Positions 21,867 through 31,121 of a stretch of 64,000 nucleotides of DNA are shown piece after piece (within the stretch, counting starts at the first letter, position 1; each line of letters opens with the position of its first letter). Source of the stretch: Phycisphaerae bacterium (GTDB lineage Bacteria; Planctomycetota; Phycisphaerae; UBA1845; Fen-1342); assembly GCA_963675745.2 (NCBI GenBank), contig CAXXWX010000028.1, positions 82,118 through 146,117 on the forward strand. Direction: 5' to 3'. The notes under the pieces are model-generated. The model did no database searches and was not told the DNA's origin. It was given only the letters and a program-made list of their open reading frames with translations. The position numbers and the translations under genes are program-made.

Positions 21867-21947
21867 CCGAAGACACGTAGCGGCCGACGACCCCGTCGGC
21901 CGCGGGACGACGGCGAGGCATCGTCAGACGCCGAGGCTCGGCGTCAC
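21867..21947. repeat. REP/REPIN-like element
   Basis: ccgaagacacGTAGCGGCCGAC-gacccc-GTCGGCCGC followed by the hairpin gacgccgag-g-ctcggcgtc; first 16 bp identical to 13366-13381. Confidence 0.65.
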
Positions 21948-22038
21948 ATATGGGCGGGTCGTCCAGGCGCGCGCCTTCGGTGTGCCACCGCTCTTGAGCA
22001 GTGCGGTAGGTGACACCAGTTCCGCAGGGCAGTCGAGG

Positions 22039-22935
22039 ATGACACGCGAAGCACCATCGCCAGACGCACCTCCCAGGAACACGCCCGGCCCTGGCGTCGC
22101 CATTGGCACCGGGATCAGCATGCTGCGCGACACGCTCGCCAGAGTGCTGATCAGGTTCGGCGCCACGCCCAACCGCATCACCGTCCTCGGCTTTCTGCTG
22201 ACCTGCGGCACCGGCGTGTGCCTGGCGTACGGCGCCGGACACCAGGTGCCATACGCCTACTCCGGCGCCGCCGGCCCGGGCCCGACGAGCCTTTGGCCTC
22301 TTTGGGCCGGTCTGTTTCTGCTGCTCTCGGCCGCTTGCGACATGTTGGACGGCGCCGTGGCACGCGTCGGCAATATGAGCTCGAAGTTCGGCGAGGTGCT
22401 GGACTCGACGCTCGACCGGTTCAGCGATACGGCGATCTATGTGGGTTGTGCCGTGTATTTCGCCTGGCATGAGAACGTGACCTACCAGGTGCTCGCGTTT
22501 CTGGCCCTCGGCAACACGTTTCTGATCAGCTATATCAAGGCCCGCGCCGAAGATGTCGTACCGGGATGTTGCGGGGTCGGGTGGTGGCAGCGCGGTGAGC
22601 GCTACGTGGCCCTGCTGCTGGGTTGCTTTTTCGGGCACATGCCGTTTGTGCTCTGGCAACAGGCGCTTTTGCCCGCTTTCACCGTTTTCCGGCGACTCGA
22701 ATACGCGGGACGGGCAATCAGGGCCTTTGAGCGCAACGCACCGCCGCCGCCCAAGCTGGCGCTCCGCGCTTGGTGGGGACGTCTGATCCTCTGGTACTAT
22801 CCACGCGGCACATGGCAGTTTGACGTTGTCGCCGGCACCAATATCGCATCCATTATCGCCCTGCCGTGGCTCTGGTCACCGCTGCTGGGCACGGGCGCAT
22901 ACCTCGATCCACTGCGCTCCTGGCTCGGTTCCTAA
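22039..22935 (+). CDS. CDP-alcohol phosphatidyltransferase, phosphatidylinositol-phosphate-synthase-like
   Basis: TPNRIT, DMLDGAVAR...GEVLDSTLDRFSD signature, SYIKARAE and G..QRGER motifs. Confidence 0.85.
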   Translation: MTREAPSPDAPPRNTPGPGVAIGTGISMLRDTLARVLIRFGATPNRITVLGFLLTCGTGVCLAYGAGHQVPYAYSGAAGPGPTSLWPLWAGLFLLLSAACDMLDGAVARVGNMSSKFGEVLDSTLDRFSDTAIYVGCAVYFAWHENVTYQVLAFLALGNTFLISYIKARAEDVVPGCCGVGWWQRGERYVALLLGCFFGHMPFVLWQQALLPAFTVFRRLEYAGRAIRAFERNAPPPPKLALRAWWGRLILWYYPRGTWQFDVVAGTNIASIIALPWLWSPLLGTGAYLDPLRSWLGS

Positions 22936-23130
22936 GCGACCGTTGTCGCTGGCAAACCGCCGTGATCGAGAATACCGGGCCCCGTCTCATCGGCGCAGAC
23001 AGTGAGTGCATGTGCAACACCACTGCCGCTTCGGGCAACCTCGCTCACAATCAGATGGGGATTGCATTCGCCCGTCCAGTTTGCATACTGTACGGTCAGT
23101 TGGCCGAGTGCTCGACGTGGGAGAGATCAC

Positions 23131-24228
23131 ATGCGAATCGCCTACGGCGTGATGGGATATGGCCGCGGACACGCCACACGAACGGCAACCGTTTTGCCGG
23201 AGTTGACGGCGCGCCACGACGTGCTGTTGCTCGCCGGACGAGACGCTTACGCCGCGCTCTCACCAACTTATAATGTCGTGCGCATCCCGTCACTCAGCTA
23301 CGTCTATGGGCGCCGCGGCCGGCGCTCGATTGTGCGGACGGCCGTGCAGAACACGTCGGCGGTGCTCGACTTGCTGCTTCACGGCCCATCGCTGACGATG
23401 GTGATGGACGTCATCCGCGAATTCCGCGCTGACGTGATTATCTCCGATGCCGAAGCCTGGACGAACCGCGTTGGCATGCGGCTGGGCATTCCCCGGATCG
23501 CCTTCGATCACTTTGGCATCCTGACGCACTGCAATCCACCCGTGCGCGGACCGGATCGGTTTATGCTGTGGCGCGAGCGCTGTGCGTATCGCGCTCTGAT
23601 GGGGCAGCCACAGCGCGTAATTGTCTCCAGCTTTTACGAAGCGCCCGCGCGCCGGCCCGGTGTGCGCGTCGTCGGGCCGCTGCTGCGCGATGAGGTCTTG
23701 AAGACCAAGCCCGGTCGCGGCGGATTCCTGCTGGCGTATTTCAACCAGGGAGCCCACCAGTTCACACCCTGGGTGCGCAAAGCGCTGCGCGACGTCGATT
23801 GCCCCATCAAGGTCTATGGCACACAGCGGATCGGCTCCGCGGGCAACCTCGAATTCTGCCCGACCAGCAATCAGCCGTTCCTGACCGACCTGGCTAACTG
23901 CCGCGCAGTGATAAGCACGGCGGGCAATCAGCTTGTCGGGGAAGCACTGCACTTTCGCAAGCCCATGCTGGTCATGCCGGAAACCTGTGTCGAGCAGCGT
24001 TGCAACGCCAATGCGATCGAGGAGATGAGGATCGGCATGCAGGTTGCTCACCGCAAGCTCACCACCGAAGTGATTCGCGGGTTCCTCGCGCGGGAAGACG
24101 AGTTTCAGACCCACATCAGCGCGGCCACCTGCGACGGCCGCACCGAAGCTCTCGACGCACTGGAAACGTATCTGAAGGAGCTGGGTGGCAAGCGCGCGAC
24201 GCCGGCGTACATTCGGAAGGTCTCATGA
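23131..24228 (+). CDS. GT-B glycosyltransferase (MJ1255/GT28-like)
   Basis: YGVMGYGRGHATR, VIISDAE, VISTAGNQLVGEAL..KPMLVMP..EQ..NA. Confidence 0.85.
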   Translation: MRIAYGVMGYGRGHATRTATVLPELTARHDVLLLAGRDAYAALSPTYNVVRIPSLSYVYGRRGRRSIVRTAVQNTSAVLDLLLHGPSLTMVMDVIREFRADVIISDAEAWTNRVGMRLGIPRIAFDHFGILTHCNPPVRGPDRFMLWRERCAYRALMGQPQRVIVSSFYEAPARRPGVRVVGPLLRDEVLKTKPGRGGFLLAYFNQGAHQFTPWVRKALRDVDCPIKVYGTQRIGSAGNLEFCPTSNQPFLTDLANCRAVISTAGNQLVGEALHFRKPMLVMPETCVEQRCNANAIEEMRIGMQVAHRKLTTEVIRGFLAREDEFQTHISAATCDGRTEALDALETYLKELGGKRATPAYIRKVS

Positions 24229-25295
24229 GACCCCTGGCCTGGGCCCTCAGTGTTATCCAGAACCGCCTCGGGACCGTACCACGGCCGTCCTGGTGTACCT
24301 ATCTCGTCACCTATCGCTGCAATGCGCGTTGCCGGATGTGCGACTCGTGGCGCGCCAAGCCCGGGTCAGAGCTCACACCGACGCAGGTAGCCGACGTGTT
24401 CGCCAAGATCGGGCGATTGGATGTCGTACGCCTGACCGGCGGTGAGCCGTTCCTGCGTGAAGATATGCTCGATATAGCCGAGGCCGTCCTCGCCGCATCG
24501 CGCCCCAGCGGTTGTATCCACATCACGACCAATGGGTCTTTCCCGGACCGCACGGTCGAGTTTGCCGAGCGTTTTTCAAACCCCGGACTGCTGCGCTTCA
24601 TGGTCTCCTTTGACGGGCTGGCGGCCGAGCACGACGCCAATCGCGGAAAGGCTGTGTCCTTTGACACGGCGCTCGATACCGTGAAGCGACTCGCCGCGTT
24701 GCGCGATCGCATCGGGGTTCAGGTCAGCGTCAACCACACGATCATCTCTCCGCACTCACTCGCGGACAGCGCCGAGCTTAAGCGCATCATGCACGCACAC
24801 GACTGCGACGTACACAGCGTGCTCGCCTACTCCGATTCCGCGATGTACGGCGCCCAGCGACGCGGCACAAAGGCCGGTGACCTGATCTCAACGCAATACC
24901 CGCTGCACGCAAAGCTCAAAGATGCCGACGTAATCGGCTACACCAACCGCGAATTGCGCCAATTGGGCGTTTTGCGCACGTGGTGGCTGCGCTGGGGGAA
25001 ACGCTATTACCTGCGCGGGCTCCGCGCCCGCTTGAATGGAACGCCGAATCCGCGGCCGAGGCCGAAGTGCGTGGCACTGCGCAGCCACATCCGGCTTTTG
25101 CCCGACGGGCGCGTACCGGTGTGCCAGTTTAACACCGAGACGATCGGTAACTTGTTAGAGGCGTCGTTCGAGAGCATCTGGCATGGTGATCAAGCGCGGG
25201 CCGCGCGGCGGTGGGTTGACGCGTGCACCGGGTGCTGGGCGGAGTGCGAGGTGATACCCAACGCCTTGTACTCCGGCGATGTGCTCAGAGGGTAG
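24225..25295 (+). CDS. Radical SAM protein with SPASM/twitch domain
   Basis: CNARCRMC, TGGEPFLR, TTNG; C-terminal C...DGRVPVC...GNL...CTGCWAEC; ATGA overlap with the GT. Confidence 0.9.
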   Translation: MRPLAWALSVIQNRLGTVPRPSWCTYLVTYRCNARCRMCDSWRAKPGSELTPTQVADVFAKIGRLDVVRLTGGEPFLREDMLDIAEAVLAASRPSGCIHITTNGSFPDRTVEFAERFSNPGLLRFMVSFDGLAAEHDANRGKAVSFDTALDTVKRLAALRDRIGVQVSVNHTIISPHSLADSAELKRIMHAHDCDVHSVLAYSDSAMYGAQRRGTKAGDLISTQYPLHAKLKDADVIGYTNRELRQLGVLRTWWLRWGKRYYLRGLRARLNGTPNPRPRPKCVALRSHIRLLPDGRVPVCQFNTETIGNLLEASFESIWHGDQARAARRWVDACTGCWAECEVIPNALYSGDVLRG

Positions 25296-25351
25296 CGACG
25301 ACGGCAGGACTTGCCGCGCTCGCCAGAGCGTGTATATACGGCGGGAGCGAC

Positions 25352-25497
25352 ACAGGGGGCGGTGCCCCGCCGGTCGTGGAACGCCGGGAAACTCGACGGC
25401 CTGCGAGGCGCAGGCCGCTACATATGAGGGCGAGCGGCCGCTACATATGACGGCGAGCGGCCGCCGCATGTAAGCACAAGCAGCCGCTATACGTACG
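25352..25497. repeat. REP-like palindrome followed by 23-bp tandem repeats
   Basis: cgacggcctgcgaggcgcaggccgctac at 25394-25421; ggccgctacatatga(g/c)ggcgagc at 25413 and 25436, degenerate copies at 25459 and 25482. Confidence 0.65.
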
Positions 25498-25518
25498 TCC
25501 AAGCGGGCAGACGATACG

Positions 25519-25557
25519 AAAAAGGCCGGCGCCGAGTGATGCTCGGCGCCGGCCTTT
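25519..25557 (-). terminator. Intrinsic terminator of the collagen-like gene (possibly bidirectional)
   Basis: Perfect 16-bp stem aaaggccggcgccgag/ctcggcgccggccttt, 5-nt loop, T-run on the minus strand. Confidence 0.8.
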
Positions 25558-25586
25558 GACTTATCCCTATCTGCGACGGTGCCGAC

Positions 25587-26510
25587 TTACGGTTCCACAA
25601 CGACGACGTTGAAACCATCGGCGACCGTTCGCGTGCCGGTCAGCAGGTCAATCAGGACGACGCGAATGTGCATCATGTCCGGCTTTCCGCCATATGGGCC
25701 GCGCCCGTCATAGATGTACGTACCGCTGGCCAACTGCACGAAGGGCCCCGCGCTGAACGCCTTGGCGGTAATCAACACGGGCAGTTCGCCGGCCGGCGCG
25801 CCCTCGACGTCGATGTAAAGATCGAAGTACGGCTCAGGGGGGGTACCGGTGGTCTTCAGCTCGCTGATGACGGTGTTGGGGTCGGTAGAGATACCGGTGT
25901 TGGGGATGGAGAACTTCACGATCACGCCAGGATCGCCCTGTTCACCCTGCTCACCCTCCGGGCCTTGCTCGCCCTGCTCACCTTGCTCGCCTTGCTCGCC
26001 CTGTTCACCCTGGATGCCCTGCTCACCTTGCTCGCCCTGTTCACCCTGGATGCCCTGCTCGCCTTGCTCGCCCTGCTCACCCTGGATGCCTTGCTCGCCT
26101 TGCTCGCCCTGTTCACCCTGGATGCCCTGCTCACCTTGCTCGCCCTGCTCACCCTGGATGCCCTGCTCGCCTTGCTCGCCCTGCTCACCCTGGATGCCTT
26201 GCTCGCCTTGCTCGCCCTGTTCACCCTGGATGCCCTGAACGCCCTGGACGCCCTGCACACCCTGCTCGCCTTGTTCGCCCTGTTCGCCTTGTTCACCCTG
26301 GATGCCCTGGATGCCTTGCTCGCCCTGCTCACCCTGGATGCCTTGCTCGCCTTGCTCACCCTGCGGCCCGGCCGGCCCCGGAGCCCCCTGTGCGGCGTCT
26401 GTGCCATCCGTTCCGGTCGTGTCGGCCTCCGGGAAAACACACCCGCCCGCGGTCAATGCGATAACACCCAACGCAACGAGAATCGCGCCCACCACATGTC
26501 TGCGAACCAT
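25587..26510 (-). CDS. Collagen-like surface lipoprotein
   Basis: Signal peptide ending TAGG-C; ~50 uninterrupted Gly-X-Y triplets (mostly GEQ/GIQ); C-terminal beta-rich domain; AGGAGG SD. Confidence 0.85.
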   Translation of the reverse strand: MVRRHVVGAILVALGVIALTAGGCVFPEADTTGTDGTDAAQGAPGPAGPQGEQGEQGIQGEQGEQGIQGIQGEQGEQGEQGEQGVQGVQGVQGIQGEQGEQGEQGIQGEQGEQGEQGIQGEQGEQGEQGIQGEQGEQGEQGIQGEQGEQGEQGIQGEQGEQGEQGIQGEQGEQGEQGEQGEQGPEGEQGEQGDPGVIVKFSIPNTGISTDPNTVISELKTTGTPPEPYFDLYIDVEGAPAGELPVLITAKAFSAGPFVQLASGTYIYDGRGPYGGKPDMMHIRVVLIDLLTGTRTVADGFNVVVVEP

Positions 26511-26732
26511 GATCGCCTCCTATGACGTTTGTTTCATTCGAAGAGGATTCCAATCAGGAAACGTCCGTATCTCCCGCTAAGTCTTAGGCATACGTACGGC
26601 CGGAAATCAAGCAGCGCCGCCCGGCGCTGGCGCAAGTGGGTCGTTATGGGGACTCCGGCATTGCCGGCCTCACGTCCCGTCCCCTGCCGGCCGCCGCCCA
26701 GCGAGCCGACTGTCTGTCAGTCCCAACAAACC

Positions 26733-27065
26733 TCAGCGGACAAGCGTCTGCGTGCGCGAGGCGATTCCGACGGATTGGAAGTACCCGCCATCACGCTCAT
26801 AGAACGACTGGTCGTCGTAGCTCAACGTAAACGCCTGCGAAACGTCATCCAGCCGCAAGCCATGTTCAACGGCCGGCCAATCCGATCGCCGTGCGAGCAA
26901 TTCGCCGATGTAATTGTGCTCGGCGGACGGGCCAAGCGCCAGATTGGCAGTTATCGGGTCCGGCGTGGTGTGCGTGTGGGCACGCCAGACCGCCGTCGGC
27001 TGCGGGGTCGAGCAGCCGCCCAACAGAATCACGAGCGCGCCAGCGATTTTGACGAGTCTCACCAT
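26733..27065 (-). CDS. Small hypothetical lipoprotein
   Basis: LVILLGG-C lipobox; 110 aa. Confidence 0.6.
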   Translation of the reverse strand: MVRLVKIAGALVILLGGCSTPQPTAVWRAHTHTTPDPITANLALGPSAEHNYIGELLARRSDWPAVEHGLRLDDVSQAFTLSYDDQSFYERDGGYFQSVGIASRTQTLVR

Positions 27066-27254
27066 CGCCCAATGCTACGCGCTCCCGAAACGAAATCTCA
27101 ACCCGCTTCCCAGACTGAATTGCGTAATAGTCCGGGCCAAGATGCGTTTCGGCCGGCCCGGTCGACCAACCGTACAGCCGATAACACGATAGCGTCCGAT
27201 AGAACATGCGGCAAGCGTATTTGACAGGTCAAGCGCGGAAAATCTACGTCTGGA

Positions 27255-28292
27255 CTAGATGGACGCCGTCGCCACGCTCTCACCAGTCATGACGCCGCGT
27301 CTTTCGGCTTCGGCCAGCGCGATTGAGAGCCGCGACGACTCCGGCGTGCATTGTGCCACGGGCTGCCCGCGACTCACACAGCCGATAAAATACGCGATCT
27401 CACGCGACCACCCATCGCCCGCAGCGCTGGGAAGTATCTCGGGATCATCACCGCCGGCGTACAACTTCACGTCCGGGCCGTCGCTGAGGCACCAGCTCAA
27501 CGTGCCGGTCGCCCCCTGCACCGTAATCGCCATCTCGAACGGGAACGGCCTGTGGAAGCTCCACCCCCCCTCCAGGACGGCGTAATGCCCATCATCGAAG
27601 TGGTGCGTGGCCACAACGTGATCAATGCCGCCCGACGGCCCGCAGCCCCCGCAGGCCTGTATGCGTGAGGGTCGGCCCAATAAGTGATGCGCGAAATCCA
27701 CGTCGTGCACGTGCAGGTCCATCAGCGCACCGCCGCTCTGGTGGTGGTCCATGAACCAGTTCGCGGCCCCGAAAGTCGGTGGACTCGCCAAGCGTTTCAG
27801 CGAGGCGAATTGTACGGCGCCGATTTGGCCGGCATCGACCGCGGCCTTGATGGTCTCGTATTGCGGCCAGAAACGGATGCACTGTCCGACCATTAACGTG
27901 CGTCCCGTTCGCCGGGCCGCCGCGCACATTGCATCACAGTCGGCGACTGTCGGCCCCATGGGCTTTTCGCACAGCACGTGCTTGCCGGCTTCCAGCGCGG
28001 CGACGGTCAGGTCCGCGTGCAGTGGCGTTGGCAGCGCGATCACGACGACGTCGACATCAGGATCGCGGAGGAGCTCCGCCGAGTCGCGATAGCACGCCAG
28101 GTGTGACACATCCACGCGCTCACCGTCGCGCGCCCCGATGTTCCCGGTGTCGCTGTTCCAGTTGCCGGCCAGCAGATGCTCGTCGCGATCACACAGCGCG
28201 ACCACCTCCGCGTCCGCGTGGTCCTGAATGTTGCCGAAGTGAGTGCGCCCCATAAAGCCGAGGCCGCAAATTCCGAATCGAAGTGTTGGCAT
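27255..28292 (-). CDS. Gfo/Idh/MocA family oxidoreductase
   Basis: GICGLGFMG, ALEAGKHVLCEKP, GGALMDLHVHDVD. Confidence 0.92.
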   Translation of the reverse strand: MPTLRFGICGLGFMGRTHFGNIQDHADAEVVALCDRDEHLLAGNWNSDTGNIGARDGERVDVSHLACYRDSAELLRDPDVDVVVIALPTPLHADLTVAALEAGKHVLCEKPMGPTVADCDAMCAAARRTGRTLMVGQCIRFWPQYETIKAAVDAGQIGAVQFASLKRLASPPTFGAANWFMDHHQSGGALMDLHVHDVDFAHHLLGRPSRIQACGGCGPSGGIDHVVATHHFDDGHYAVLEGGWSFHRPFPFEMAITVQGATGTLSWCLSDGPDVKLYAGGDDPEILPSAAGDGWSREIAYFIGCVSRGQPVAQCTPESSRLSIALAEAERRGVMTGESVATASI

Positions 28293-28300
28293 GGTAGTGC

Positions 28301-28356
28301 TCAGAGTTCAGATTTCAGAGTTCAGAGTTCAGAGTTCAGATTTCAGGGTTTAGGGC
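28301..28356. repeat. Heptamer tandem repeat TCAGA(G/T)T, 7-8 copies
   Basis: Read directly from the sequence. Confidence 0.9.
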
Positions 28357-28378
28357 AATGAAGACCGGAACGCCCTTT

Positions 28379-28474
28379 GTTGCCTCGTTGCCTCGTTGCC
28401 TTGTTGCCTCGTTGCCTCGTTGCCTCGTTGCCTTGTGGCCTCGTGGCCTCGTGGCCTCATGGCCTCATGGCCTC
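28379..28474. repeat. Octamer tandem repeat, 12 copies
   Basis: 7x GTTGCCT(C/T), 3x GTGGCCTC, 2x ATGGCCTC. Confidence 0.92.
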
Positions 28475-28479
28475 CTTCC

Positions 28480-30033
28480 TCACTGCCACTCAATGGTTGC
28501 CGGCGGTTTGCTGGACACATCATATGCCACGCGATTGACGCCGGGGATCTCGTTGATTATGCGATTACTGACTGTGGCGAGGAGCTCATGGTCGATACGA
28601 ACCCAGTCGGCCGTCATGAAGTCGGTTGACTCGACGAGGCGAATCACGATCAGGTGCTGCCCTTCGTAGGTGCGTCCGTCACCCATCACGCCGACGCTCG
28701 CAACGGGCACAAGGACCGCGAATCCCTGGGCGACCTTGCGATACCAGCCGGCGATTGTGAGCTCTTCAAGCAGAATACGATCCGCCGCCCGCAGCAAGCC
28801 CAACCGCGCCGGCGTGATTTCGCCCATGATGCGGACGGCCAGGCCCGGCCCGGGAAAGGGGTGACGCCAAATCAGATCTTCGGGCAATCCCAACGCCTCG
28901 CCGACTCGACGAACCTCGTCCTTGAACAGCAGGCGCAGCGGTTCGACCAATTCGAAGCCGAGCTCGGCCGGCAAAGCTCCGACGTTGTGATGTGATTTGA
29001 TCACGGCGGCATGCCCGGTGGGCCCGTGTCCCGACTCGATCACGTCGGGGTAAATCGTGCCCTGGGCCAGGAAGCGGGCGCCATCGATGTGCCGCGCCTC
29101 GTTCCTGAAAACCTCGATGAACTCACGGCCGATGATCTTCCGCTTCTCCTGCGGGTCAATCACTCCGGTGAGCCTTGACAGGAAACGGTCCGCGGCGTCG
29201 ACGACGCGGAGCTGCATGCCGAAGTGGTCACGAAAGGTCTGCTCCACCAGAGCCGCCTCATTCGCGCGCAGCAGGCCGTTATCCACAAAGATGCACCGCA
29301 GGCGATCACCGATGGCCCGCTGCACAAGAGCGGCGAGCACCGAACTATCCACGCCGCCGGACAGCCCACAGATGACCCGGTCTCGGTCGCCAACCTGGGC
29401 GCGAATGCTCTGAACGGCCTCGTCGATCACGCCGGCCATGCGCCACGTGCCCGTGCAGCCGCACAGATCGTAAATGAAATTGCGAATGATCTGGCTACCT
29501 TGCGGCGTGTGCGTGACTTCGGGGTGGAATTGCACGCCGAAGACCGGCTTGGAGGTATGGGCGACGGCGGCGAAGGGGCATTGGGGGGTGCGCGCCAGGC
29601 TCCTAAAACAGTCACCGACCTCGGCCACAATGTCGCCATGACTCATCCAGACCGAGGTATCCGCCGGCAGGTTGGCCAGCAACCCATGGTTGTTTGTGAC
29701 CGACAGATTTATGCGGCCATATTCGCGTGATTGCGCCGCCGAGACGTCACCACCCAACGCGTGGCAGGCGACCTGCATGCCGTAGCAGATGCCGAGAACC
29801 GGCACGTCGAGCTCGAATATCCCAGGATCGCAGGTTGGCGCGTCGGCCTCATAAACGCTGGCCGGCCCGCCCGAGAGAATGATGCCCTTGACACTTCGCG
29901 CGCGCAGCTCATCGGGGGAGACGCCCGGATGCAGCAACTCGCTGTATACGTGATTCTCGCGAACCCGCCGCGCGATGAGCTGCGAGTACTGGCTCCCAAA
30001 ATCGAGTACGGCGATGGTTTCCTGGCGGCTCAT
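28480..30033 (-). CDS. guaA: GMP synthase (glutamine-hydrolysing)
   Basis: [50 protein letters not shown]. Confidence 0.98.
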   Translation of the reverse strand: MSRQETIAVLDFGSQYSQLIARRVRENHVYSELLHPGVSPDELRARSVKGIILSGGPASVYEADAPTCDPGIFELDVPVLGICYGMQVACHALGGDVSAAQSREYGRINLSVTNNHGLLANLPADTSVWMSHGDIVAEVGDCFRSLARTPQCPFAAVAHTSKPVFGVQFHPEVTHTPQGSQIIRNFIYDLCGCTGTWRMAGVIDEAVQSIRAQVGDRDRVICGLSGGVDSSVLAALVQRAIGDRLRCIFVDNGLLRANEAALVEQTFRDHFGMQLRVVDAADRFLSRLTGVIDPQEKRKIIGREFIEVFRNEARHIDGARFLAQGTIYPDVIESGHGPTGHAAVIKSHHNVGALPAELGFELVEPLRLLFKDEVRRVGEALGLPEDLIWRHPFPGPGLAVRIMGEITPARLGLLRAADRILLEELTIAGWYRKVAQGFAVLVPVASVGVMGDGRTYEGQHLIVIRLVESTDFMTADWVRIDHELLATVSNRIINEIPGVNRVAYDVSSKPPATIEWQ

Positions 30034-30149
30034 GTGAGCGGGATACCATCTTGGGGAAGATCGGTCAATGACTGGCAGACGAGTGTGGCAGCGGCTGGCA
30101 TAATGTGCCGCGTCGCGGTGCCGATGAGCACGACCACACGCGCAAGACG

Positions 30150-30158
30150 TGCTATAAT
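30150..30158 (+). promoter_or_regulatory. Extended -10 promoter (TGcTATAAT) for the STAS gene
   Basis: Consensus TGnTATAAT 38 nt upstream of ATG 30197. Confidence 0.55.
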
Positions 30159-30196
30159 GGCCTCACTTTGAGCGACGACTGTATTGAGGCCGGGCT

Positions 30197-30556
30197 ATGT
30201 CTGACTCGTTTCGTGCGGTGAATGGCGATGGTGCGCTGATAGTCACGCTGGTCGGGGCCGCCCTGGAAGACCCGGAGCGCGTCGACGAGATGGGGGAGGC
30301 GCTGGACCGACTCGTCACGGACAGCCGTGACGTGCATGTGATCATCGACATGGCGGACGTGCGCTGCCTGTCTTCACAAGCCCTCGGTATCATCGTCAAC
30401 CTGCGGCGCAAAGTGGCACAACACGGCCGACATGTCGTCCTGAGTCGCACGCGCGAAGAGTTGGTCCGACTGTTCCGCCTCACCAACCTTGATCGCCTGT
30501 TCAAGTTCTTCGATTCAAACGACGACGCACTGGCGCAGCTTCCGCCGCTGGAATAG
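30197..30556 (+). CDS. STAS-domain anti-sigma factor antagonist
   Basis: VIIDMADVRCLSSQALG...LFRLTNLDRLF. Confidence 0.88.
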   Translation: MSDSFRAVNGDGALIVTLVGAALEDPERVDEMGEALDRLVTDSRDVHVIIDMADVRCLSSQALGIIVNLRRKVAQHGRHVVLSRTREELVRLFRLTNLDRLFKFFDSNDDALAQLPPLE

Positions 30557-30624
30557 GCGTGGTTGTGGGGGGGTCGCGCTGCGTCATTGTCGACTGCGCG
30601 TAATCGATCGATTGGCGACAGGGG

Positions 30625-30855
30625 TTAACGTTGGCGGTAGGTGATGCGCCCCCGCTTGAGGTCGTAGGGCGACAGTTCGACCGTCACGTGATCACCCGGG
30701 AGAATCCGGATGAAGTTCTTGCGCATCTTCCCGGAGATGTGCGCGAGAACCCTGTGCTTGGCGCCGTCGCCGAGATCCGCCTCCACCTCAAACATGGCGT
30801 TCGGCAGGGCCTTGATGACAACGGCCTCCATGATGATCGCATCTTGTTTGCCCAA
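30625..30855 (-). CDS. infA: Translation initiation factor IF-1
   Basis: [46 protein letters not shown] start after GAGGAG. Confidence 0.97.
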   Translation of the reverse strand: MGKQDAIIMEAVVIKALPNAMFEVEADLGDGAKHRVLAHISGKMRKNFIRILPGDHVTVELSPYDLKRGRITYRQR

Positions 30856-31121
30856 AGGCTCTCCTCGCAGATCCGGCGCGGGGTGGTCGTATCGCTGGAC
30901 ACAGTCCGACCCACCGTGAGAGTGGCCGGGTCACCCGCCGCCCGTCGAATCCGCCATACTACAGACTGTGCGGACCGCCGCGTCGCAAAAGTTGAGATGC
31001 ACAGTACCCGGCGGGACAAGGTGTGTCAAAGGCCGCCGCCTGGGGAGAGTGGCTTTTGGTGGCGGCCGGCTCGGCCTAAAAGTGGAATGTCTCCGCCCCG
31101 CTCCGTTATGATGGGGCCAAC

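Noticed and set aside
25413..25497. Possible mini CRISPR array
   Set aside because: Units are head-to-tail with no unique spacers, and there are no cas genes.
25668..26580. Cys-rich (PCSPCS) and Leu-rich ORFs on the plus strand
   Set aside because: Antisense shadows of the collagen G-X-Y repeat.
28358..28669. ORF with VASLPRCL repeats
   Set aside because: Translation of the octamer tract, overlapping guaA antisense.
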